Notes under the pieces: generated by a model
Seen by the model: only the letters and a program-made list of their open reading frames with translations
Databases searched by the model: none
What the model was told of the DNA's origin: nothing
In this document: in pieces, positions 1 to 7,429 of the stretch
How positions within the stretch are numbered: position 1 is the stretch's first letter
Layout: each line of letters begins with the position of its first letter
DNA from: an uncultured Aliarcobacter sp.
GTDB lineage: Bacteria > Campylobacterota > Campylobacteria > Campylobacterales > Arcobacteraceae
Assembly: GCA_963677435.1 (NCBI GenBank)
Contig: OY781945.1
Location: 2,048,001-2,112,000 of the forward strand
Direction: 5' to 3'
Length of the DNA stretch: 64,000 nucleotides
Translations under genes and position numbers: made by a program

Positions 1-955
1 CCCAATTCTCTGTTGAAGCCAAAGGTAATTTTAAAATCTCAGTTTTTTTATGATTGAGCATTAAGCCGTATTTTTTTAACTCTGCAGATAAATCCACTAA
101 AAACTCTTCTGCTTTTTCTTTTGTTTCAACATAACAAGTATAATCATCAATATTACGAATATATCTATATTCATTTTTATGCTCATACAATGCTTTATCA
201 ACAGTGGTTAAAATTATTTCTGATATAAGATTAGAAGCATGGCTCCCTATTAAAATACCATGTGTTTCACCATCTTTCAAGTTTCTAGTAGTTTTATCAA
301 TTTGATCAAACCACTCATGACTATCCATAGGCTTTGATTTCTTTTTAGCTTCTTCTTTACCTACCAATGCCCAAGATAAAGAATGTGTATAAATACTTGG
401 AAAGCAATTTGATATATCTGCCTTTACCACATACCGTTTTCCAATTAACAAGTTAGGCTCAGGATAATCATCTGTGCAAAAATTTTTATGATTCATTTCA
501 AAAAGATGATTTTGTATTAATACTGGATAATCGTCCAAATCAATATCATCTAGGTCTTGATAGCATGTATTAAATACTTTAAAACTATCATCTATTTTTC
601 TTATATGAATCCTACTTACTCTATGTTCTTGGTTCAATGTTTGTTTTTGAAAATATTCAAGCAATTTATCCCAATTATCAGACAAAACTTTACATTGATT
701 ATGATAAGCAATTGGATTAGGAATAGCTAAAATTCTAGGTACATTTATATTTCTGATACTTTCATAATAAATATACTTTTTTTCAGAGTTATCAAAAGTA
801 AATCTAGCTGGAGGTGTTTTACAAAAATCCAAAAAATTCTCAGCAGTTAAAAAAGGTGGTATTTTTTCTGCAAATAAACCATATCCAAGTAAACCATCAA
901 ATAGTTCATCTTTTGAGATTTCACTAAGTAATTCATAGTATGATTTTTTAGCCAT
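1..955 (-). CDS. Reverse transcriptase, Abi/UG (AbiK/Abi-P2/DRT4-like) group; 3' end truncated by the window edge
   Basis: Manual translation from ATG at 955 (SD GGAGA upstream) is open to position 1: MAKKSYYELLSEISKDELFDGLLGYGLFAEKIPPF...NVPRILAIPNPIAY...VKADISNCFPSIYTHSLSWAL...ETHGILIGSHASNLISEIIL...YIRNIDDY...LNHKKTEI. RT palm motifs present, with NIDD at the YxDD position. Confidence 0.9.
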   Translation of the reverse strand, partial: MAKKSYYELLSEISKDELFDGLLGYGLFAEKIPPFLTAENFLDFCKTPPARFTFDNSEKKYIYYESIRNINVPRILAIPNPIAYHNQCKVLSDNWDKLLEYFQKQTLNQEHRVSRIHIRKIDDSFKVFNTCYQDLDDIDLDDYPVLIQNHLFEMNHKNFCTDDYPEPNLLIGKRYVVKADISNCFPSIYTHSLSWALVGKEEAKKKSKPMDSHEWFDQIDKTTRNLKDGETHGILIGSHASNLISEIILTTVDKALYEHKNEYRYIRNIDDYTCYVETKEKAEEFLVDLSAELKKYGLMLNHKKTEILKLPLASTENW

Positions 956-2084
956 TTATTATTTCTCCAAGCTTATTTATCAAAACTATTTCTCTTGTAT
1001 CAAATTTTTCCAACCATTTTTTAATTGTTTTTGGTTTGTCATTTTTATATTTAATATCAGATGTAAAATAATAAACTTTTCCATCATCATGTAAAAAAGC
1101 ACCGTAAATTTCGTTTGTATTTGTATATATTAAAATTGCTTCATAAATTGTGTACATGCCAGCTACACCAGTTGTTATTACATTTGCATCAAAAGGGTCT
1201 AAATTATCTTCAATATGAATATCACAAATACATTTCAAAAACTCTTCAAAATATTTTTTTGTAAGCTCATCATGTATTTTAGAAAGTAAAACATCATTCA
1301 ATTCAACCCTATCGTAAAATACATCTTTTTTTAATTTGTAATCTCCATCATACATAACTCGCATGCCGTGGAAACTTCTACATCCTAAATTCTCATGTAC
1401 TTGAATAACATCATTAAATTTAGTAAATGTTATTACACATTTGCCATCTTTATTATAAGCATCATTAGAAATATATTGAGCTTCGTTACCAGAAAGTATA
1501 GTCGCTTTACCATCTAAATCACCCACATGAGAACCATGAATCACTGTCAAGTTAAAATCGAAAGAATTATCATAAACATTTGTGATTTTAAGAATTCCTC
1601 CATAACATAAAGCACTACTTTCAATTTCCCAGTTTCCGAACCATCTATTTTTAGTTTGCCAATCAATCTTTTGTAAGATCACTTTTGTAAATTCATAAGG
1701 TGTTTTAAAATTCAAATCAATATAAGAAACTGTCGAGTAAAGTCCTGGTATTTCAGTATTATCAAACCTTGCTGGTAAAATATACTCTTCTGACTCTCGA
1801 TATGCTCTTTCTTGCATAGATTTTCTTTCATGAGTAGTCCAAGCTTTTTTTGCATAATGTTCTGATATAAACATAACAGTATATTTTGCTTTATTTTTAT
1901 AGATTTCCTGTAAATAGTCTATTAAATTTTTACCCCAAAGTGTATGTTCTTCAAATTTATCATAAAAAACTCGAACGCCATAAATTTTTAAAGTTTGAGC
2001 AACTTCTTCAACATAATCTCTATTTTCACCTGCGAAAGACAAAGCAATATCATAGTCATAATTTTTTAATTGAATATCACCCAT
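948..2084 (-). CDS. TIR domain protein (N-terminal TIR_2-like) with uncharacterised beta-rich C-terminal region
   Basis: YDIALSFAGENR...VFYD...FISEHYAKKAWTTHER (catalytic Glu position retained)...YILPARFD..IPGL. Confidence 0.88.
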   Translation of the reverse strand: MGDIQLKNYDYDIALSFAGENRDYVEEVAQTLKIYGVRVFYDKFEEHTLWGKNLIDYLQEIYKNKAKYTVMFISEHYAKKAWTTHERKSMQERAYRESEEYILPARFDNTEIPGLYSTVSYIDLNFKTPYEFTKVILQKIDWQTKNRWFGNWEIESSALCYGGILKITNVYDNSFDFNLTVIHGSHVGDLDGKATILSGNEAQYISNDAYNKDGKCVITFTKFNDVIQVHENLGCRSFHGMRVMYDGDYKLKKDVFYDRVELNDVLLSKIHDELTKKYFEEFLKCICDIHIEDNLDPFDANVITTGVAGMYTIYEAILIYTNTNEIYGAFLHDDGKVYYFTSDIKYKNDKPKTIKKWLEKFDTREIVLINKLGEIING

Positions 2085-2148
2085 TTTTATACCTGATTTT
2101 TGTTAGTTTTCTTTGATTAATATTTACCATTAATTAATTTTCATTTCT

Positions 2149-3216
2149 TTATACATTTATGTAATCAATTGGATTTTCTATGACATTTTCTATGCTATTA
2201 GCAAACAAAACTAAAGCAGTTTTTTTTGTAATTTTATTATGTTTGCCTACTTCAATATCAACTGTATTTAGCTTTTGATACTCAGTCTCTTTAATGAAAT
2301 TTTCACCCATCCATAAAGAAGTATTATGTTTTTTAAATGCAAGATTTTTATTTACTTTTGCACCACTATCCAATCTAAATAAGCCTGTTAAAGCTTTTGA
2401 ATTAAAATCTATTGAACCGTTTAGAGTAACAACTATAATATTTTTAGGAGATAAAAAACCTGAACTTGTGCTAGGTAAAGGTAATGTATCTACAATCCCA
2501 CTAAATTTAGGAAAATGCTCTAATTGTTTTAAATATGTTTGGATAATTTTACTTTTTGAAATTTTGTTATCTAGTTCTTTTGAGAAATTTTTAAAAAAAG
2601 TTATCACATCATCTTTTTGTGTAAAAGCTATTTTTGTGCAATCTCCTATCTCCCCTAAAATTAAATATTCTCCAGACAATCGACTTAAAGCATGATATTT
2701 AATAATATTTCTAATTTCCTCTAAAAAAATAGCATAATCTTGATCATGCAAAATTTCTTGAACTTTTTCAGAATCGACTAAATCAATAAGTACATAAGAT
2801 AAATATTTTTTTTCATCCCATTCTCTAGCAATAATTTCAGCTTTTTTTGATTCAAAATATTTAGATTGAATGAGCTTTGTACTGTTTTGATCTACTAAAC
2901 CATCAATATTTACATAAAAATTGCTATTATCTATTTCTATATTGCATTCACTGCAATTATTACTTATTGATATAATCTTTACTCCACATTCATGACACTC
3001 AAATATTTCTAAATCTAATACAGATGTTTCAATTAATAATCTAAATATTTTTTCTGCATAATTTTCTGGAATATTTAGTTTTATTTTCAGTTTGTCTATA
3101 TCCAATTTATGACTCATTGGAGTTGTGAATAATAACTGATGTAATTTATCTATATTTTCCTGACTTAAATTAATTTTATTCAGAAAATTCAAGAATTTTA
3201 GAAATGAGGGCTTCAT
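2149..3216 (-). CDS. Putative wHTH + Zn-ribbon protein fused to a class III nucleotide-cyclase-like domain
   Basis: CHEC...CSEC zinc ribbon; YVLIDLVDS and EIGDC with Asp residues 47 aa apart; IDFNSKALTGLFRL aligns with the D-x10-R cyclase segment. Confidence 0.6.
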   Translation of the reverse strand: MKPSFLKFLNFLNKINLSQENIDKLHQLLFTTPMSHKLDIDKLKIKLNIPENYAEKIFRLLIETSVLDLEIFECHECGVKIISISNNCSECNIEIDNSNFYVNIDGLVDQNSTKLIQSKYFESKKAEIIAREWDEKKYLSYVLIDLVDSEKVQEILHDQDYAIFLEEIRNIIKYHALSRLSGEYLILGEIGDCTKIAFTQKDDVITFFKNFSKELDNKISKSKIIQTYLKQLEHFPKFSGIVDTLPLPSTSSGFLSPKNIIVVTLNGSIDFNSKALTGLFRLDSGAKVNKNLAFKKHNTSLWMGENFIKETEYQKLNTVDIEVGKHNKITKKTALVLFANSIENVIENPIDYINV

Positions 3217-4432
3217 AAATTTCCTTCGTATAATTATTATTTGTAATTTCTATTTTTTTATCATTGACATCAAAATCAAAAGTAATGCTATCAATCATTT
3301 TACCTTTCATTTTATCTTCATTTAAATCTTTTTCAAATTCTGAAATATTTCTAATCAAAATAGCATACGCATGAAATTTAGTAGTTTCAGCATTCTTTTT
3401 TAGTCGTTCTGTAATTTCTGGCTTTGATGTGTTATGCTCTTGATACTCCTCAAAAAAACCTATTAAAGTACCATTTTTTGAATAATATTCTTTTACTTTC
3501 TTTTCTATATCAGAAAGTTTTTGTTTATCTTGACTAATTATTGCTTTTTCACTATATTCATCTACAGTCGTATCTTCTCTATAAAAATGATGTTTTGTAG
3601 GAACAATAATCAAATCATCCTTTTTTAAGTCTAATAGTTTATTAAATACATTTTTTGTAAATATTGAATTCTCTTGAGTTTCAAAGTTGTTTTGAATAAG
3701 TTCTATTCTCTCATCACTTAAACATAAAATTTTCCCTATCTCTTTTGTAATTATTTCTTTGTCTTCTTCATGTTGAATTTTTGAAGCTTTTTTCCCATCA
3801 TTTTGAATATAAGAATAATCCATTCCTAATTCTAAAGTATTAGCTTGTAAATCGAATTTTACTTTTGAAATCACTCTTGTTTCTTCCATAAGTTCAGTCT
3901 TAATTGACCGTAAAGTACTATATTTATTATCTGTTAAATTTAGTACATTATTGGTTAGTTGCTTCCACATATCAGCATCAAATTTATTTTCATCAAATGT
4001 GACATTAGCTGCATGAAAAGCACCTTTTGCTAATGTTATAATTACTTCTTCTCCAGATTTAAAGAACTCAATAGGTGTCCATCCATCAGGAATTTTATAG
4101 TCATAAGGGATGTTATCTAAAGAACTAACTAAAGCTTTTTCGTCATGGGTCATTTCAAATTTATGAATTTCTATAGATTTTCTAGCATATATTTCATGAG
4201 ATTTTAAAAATTGTTTAAAAAGTTTTAAATCGCTATCGTATTTTATTATCTCTTCAAATATTTTTGAAGTATCTTCATTTACAATATTTTCTGCTAATTT
4301 TTTATTTGAAATATCTACACTTTGTTGTACAAAATAAACATATTGCTTTTTATATGCAATAGTCCAACTATTTTTTCCTTTTGAAGAAAAAACTTCATAA
4401 AATAATTTTTTATCATTTTCACTATAATTCAT
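3176..4432 (-). CDS. Hypothetical protein (418 aa), overlaps the next gene by 41 nt
   Basis: Long ORF with GGAGAAG SD; no motif recognised. Confidence 0.75.
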   Translation of the reverse strand: MNYSENDKKLFYEVFSSKGKNSWTIAYKKQYVYFVQQSVDISNKKLAENIVNEDTSKIFEEIIKYDSDLKLFKQFLKSHEIYARKSIEIHKFEMTHDEKALVSSLDNIPYDYKIPDGWTPIEFFKSGEEVIITLAKGAFHAANVTFDENKFDADMWKQLTNNVLNLTDNKYSTLRSIKTELMEETRVISKVKFDLQANTLELGMDYSYIQNDGKKASKIQHEEDKEIITKEIGKILCLSDERIELIQNNFETQENSIFTKNVFNKLLDLKKDDLIIVPTKHHFYREDTTVDEYSEKAIISQDKQKLSDIEKKVKEYYSKNGTLIGFFEEYQEHNTSKPEITERLKKNAETTKFHAYAILIRNISEFEKDLNEDKMKGKMIDSITFDFDVNDKKIEITNNNYTKEIYEALISKILEFSE

Positions 4433-4487
4433 TTACTTCTCCAAATTCTAAATATAACTTTCATATCAAAATCTCTTTTTTGCACTA

Positions 4488-5975
4488 TTACTCCCCAACC
4501 ACACCAACAATTTCTCTAAAACTCTCTAATCCAGCTTCTAAATCATCAATAATCTCATTTGCCAAAATATCAGGATCAGGAAGATTGTCTAAATCTGCTA
4601 AACTTTTATCTTTTAGCCAGAAGATATCCAAGCTTGTTTTATCTCTTGTGATGATATCTTCGTATTTGAACTTTCTCCATCTTCCCTCTGGGTTTTCTTC
4701 GCTGTATGTTTCTTCTCTGTTGTGTCTATTTGTTGGGTTATAACATTTGATGAAGTCTTGCAAATCTTCAAGCTTCATAGGGTTTTTCTTTAGTGTGAAG
4801 TGGATATTTGTTCTAAAGTCGTATATCCACACCTCTTTTGTCCAAGGCTCTTTACTAGCAGGTTTATTGTCAAAGAACAGTACATTTGCTTTTACACCTT
4901 GTTTATAAAATATTCCAGTAGGTAGTCTTAATATTGTGTGAAGCTCTGTAGTCTTCATAAGTTCTTTTCTTACAGTCTCTCCAGCTCCACCCTCAAAGAG
5001 AACATTATCAGGTAATACTACTGCGGCTTGTCCTGTAGTTTTGAGTAGTGTTTTGATATGTTGCATAAAATTGAGCTGTTTATTTGAGCTTGTAGCCCAA
5101 AAGTCTTGACGATTGTAAACTAAGTCTTCTTTTTCTTGGTCTCCCTCTTCATTTGTAAAGGTCATTGAGCTTTTTTTACCAAATGGTGGATTTGCTAGGA
5201 CATAATCAAATCTTTTCCCCTCATCGGCTATAAGAGCATCATTTGGAGATATAAAGCTCTCTCCATCTATCTCCCCGATATTATGCAAAAAGAGGTTCAT
5301 CAAAGCCATTCTTCTTGTGTTTGCTACTATCTCATTTCCGTAGAAAGTTTTATTTTTCAAAAACTCTTTTTGTTCTCTATCTAAGTCATGATTTTTTACT
5401 ATGTAGTCATAAGCTGCCAAGAAGAACCCGCCCGTTCCACATGCCGGGTCTGTGATGCTTTTATTTGGCTGGGGTCTTACACACTCCACCATCGCTTGAA
5501 TAAGGCTTCTTGGGGTGAAGTATTGACCAGCTCCACTTTTAGTATCTTCTGCATTTTTTTCAAGTAATCCCTCGTAGATTTTCCCTTTTAGGTCACTTCC
5601 AAACATCGACCAGTTTTCGCGATTGACCATATCTATGATTTTATAAAGTTTTGCAGGGTCTTGGATTTTGTTTTGACTTTTGGTAAAGATTTGACCAAGA
5701 ATGCCTTTAGCCGTTGATAGTTCACGAAGTAGCTCGCTATAATGAACTTCTAGTTCTGCTCCTCTTTTTTCTGTCAAACTCTCCCATCCATACCCTTTCG
5801 GGATATTGAGTTTTCTATTATAAGGTGGTTTGCTATACTCATCTGCCATCTTTAAAAAGAGTAAATAGGTAAGCTGTTCTAAATAATCTCCATACCCCAC
5901 ACCATCATCTTTTAGGATAGTGGCAAATCCCCAAACTTTACTTACTACACTTGATGCATTATTTGATTCATTCAT
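4488..5975 (-). CDS. hsdM: Type I R-M methyltransferase subunit
   Basis: GQYFTPR, DPACGTGGF (SAM binding), NPPF (N6-adenine motif IV). Confidence 0.96.
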   Translation of the reverse strand: MNESNNASSVVSKVWGFATILKDDGVGYGDYLEQLTYLLFLKMADEYSKPPYNRKLNIPKGYGWESLTEKRGAELEVHYSELLRELSTAKGILGQIFTKSQNKIQDPAKLYKIIDMVNRENWSMFGSDLKGKIYEGLLEKNAEDTKSGAGQYFTPRSLIQAMVECVRPQPNKSITDPACGTGGFFLAAYDYIVKNHDLDREQKEFLKNKTFYGNEIVANTRRMALMNLFLHNIGEIDGESFISPNDALIADEGKRFDYVLANPPFGKKSSMTFTNEEGDQEKEDLVYNRQDFWATSSNKQLNFMQHIKTLLKTTGQAAVVLPDNVLFEGGAGETVRKELMKTTELHTILRLPTGIFYKQGVKANVLFFDNKPASKEPWTKEVWIYDFRTNIHFTLKKNPMKLEDLQDFIKCYNPTNRHNREETYSEENPEGRWRKFKYEDIITRDKTSLDIFWLKDKSLADLDNLPDPDILANEIIDDLEAGLESFREIVGVVGE

Positions 5976-7429
5976 TATTTATCTCTCTCTTTTTTAATTC
6001 TTTCTAGTAATTCTTCCGCAGTTTCATATTCAGGATGATTTTTGATATTTTCTAGCTCTTGCTCATTTAGGAGTTTCCCCTCAAAAGCTTTTTTAAGGAT
6101 ACTTTGTCGCAAGGCTTCTGATTTGGCTAGTGATGTTTTGATGGTCTCTTCTATTTTATCGCAGACACTAAGTTTTGACTCAATTTCTTGAACTATTACT
6201 TTTTGTTCTTCAAACGACATCAAAGGCATAAGCATATTTGAAATTCTATTTTTATTGAGTGCTTTTTGATTATTACCAGAGCCAATTCTTCTAGTTTCTT
6301 GATATGTATAATGGAAAAAGTTATAAAGTAGTTTTGAAGAAAGGCAATTTTGGTTTACTCTTAAAGCTGCTGTGTTTTGATTATGACAAGCTTCAATTTG
6401 TAATATGGCTGCTTGTCCTCTTGTTTTACCTTCTCCAATCATTGCTAACATAACCGTGCCAATTGGATGTACATTAGTTGAAGTGTTATTAAGTCCATCT
6501 TCGGTAATAGTTTCTTCTGTTCTAATAATATTTTTAAATGCGACTTCACCACTACTTACCCAATTTATATCGCCATTCCAATATAATGGCATTTTTCGGC
6601 TAGGAGTTGAACCGATATACACTTCGTATATTTCACCAAGTTTATGATAAGCCCAATTTTCAGGCAATACTGTATTTAATGCATTAGTTTCATTATCTTC
6701 ATCTATCATAGGCTTATAAGGTTGTGGTTTTTTAGGCTTCACTCCTTGTTCCACATTATCTTCCCACTCTTTTACAGCTTCTTTCCACTCTTCAAGTTGT
6801 TGTTTGTAGTGAACTCCACGCTCTTTTTTTATCTGTTCTAGTAGTTCATCTGCTGTTGGAAGATTGGTTTGTTTTTCTCTCCACTCACATGTGAGCTCTC
6901 CCTCAAAAGCTTTTTTAAGTACCGCTTGGCGGTAGATTTTGAGTTTTGCTTGAGCGGTTTTGAGATTTGCTATGCCATTATCAAGCTCTGAAAAGAGTTG
7001 CTCTATTTTTGCAACGATTGCTTTTTGTTCAAGGAGTGGAGGTACTAATAACTCATGTTCTGCATAAACAGAAATCCAATATCTTTTATGTGTATCTGTA
7101 TTAATTTGATTCATCTGCATTGAATAAAAGATAAACTTTAGATTTACAAGTTCAGAAGTTGGTTTTAAAATTTTCATAGCCGATGATTTTGCTTTAAAGT
7201 GAAAATTAACATATTTTGATGCTGTAGTAAAATCATCAAATATAATTACAGGTGTATCTTCAAATATACCTTCATTTTCATTTGTATAACCAAGTATGAA
7301 AGTTTTACCAGCAGTTAGAACAGGTGTCTTGTAACTGTCATCATAATCTGTGCTACTTACAAGATAATTAGTCGGCTGTATATAATCTAAAAAATCTTTA
7401 TATTTTACTGTTGTCCATTTTTTTCTCAT
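5975..7429 (-). CDS. hsdS: Type I R-M specificity subunit
   Basis: Two TRDs, each followed by conserved helices (PPLLEQKAIVAKIEQLF...RQAVLKKAFEGEL; EEQKVIVQEIE...RQSILKKAFEGKL). Confidence 0.95.
   Translation of the reverse strand: MRKKWTTVKYKDFLDYIQPTNYLVSSTDYDDSYKTPVLTAGKTFILGYTNENEGIFEDTPVIIFDDFTTASKYVNFHFKAKSSAMKILKPTSELVNLKFIFYSMQMNQINTDTHKRYWISVYAEHELLVPPLLEQKAIVAKIEQLFSELDNGIANLKTAQAKLKIYRQAVLKKAFEGELTCEWREKQTNLPTADELLEQIKKERGVHYKQQLEEWKEAVKEWEDNVEQGVKPKKPQPYKPMIDEDNETNALNTVLPENWAYHKLGEIYEVYIGSTPSRKMPLYWNGDINWVSSGEVAFKNIIRTEETITEDGLNNTSTNVHPIGTVMLAMIGEGKTRGQAAILQIEACHNQNTAALRVNQNCLSSKLLYNFFHYTYQETRRIGSGNNQKALNKNRISNMLMPLMSFEEQKVIVQEIESKLSVCDKIEETIKTSLAKSEALRQSILKKAFEGKLLNEQELENIKNHPEYETAEELLERIKKERDK

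Noticed and set aside
1..2150. Retron or group II intron interpretation of the RT
   Set aside because: There is no intergenic space for msr-msd directly upstream (the TIR gene overlaps), and the motifs (IYTHS, GILIG, NIDD) fit Abi/UG RTs instead. The C-terminus is not visible, so the exact class stays open.
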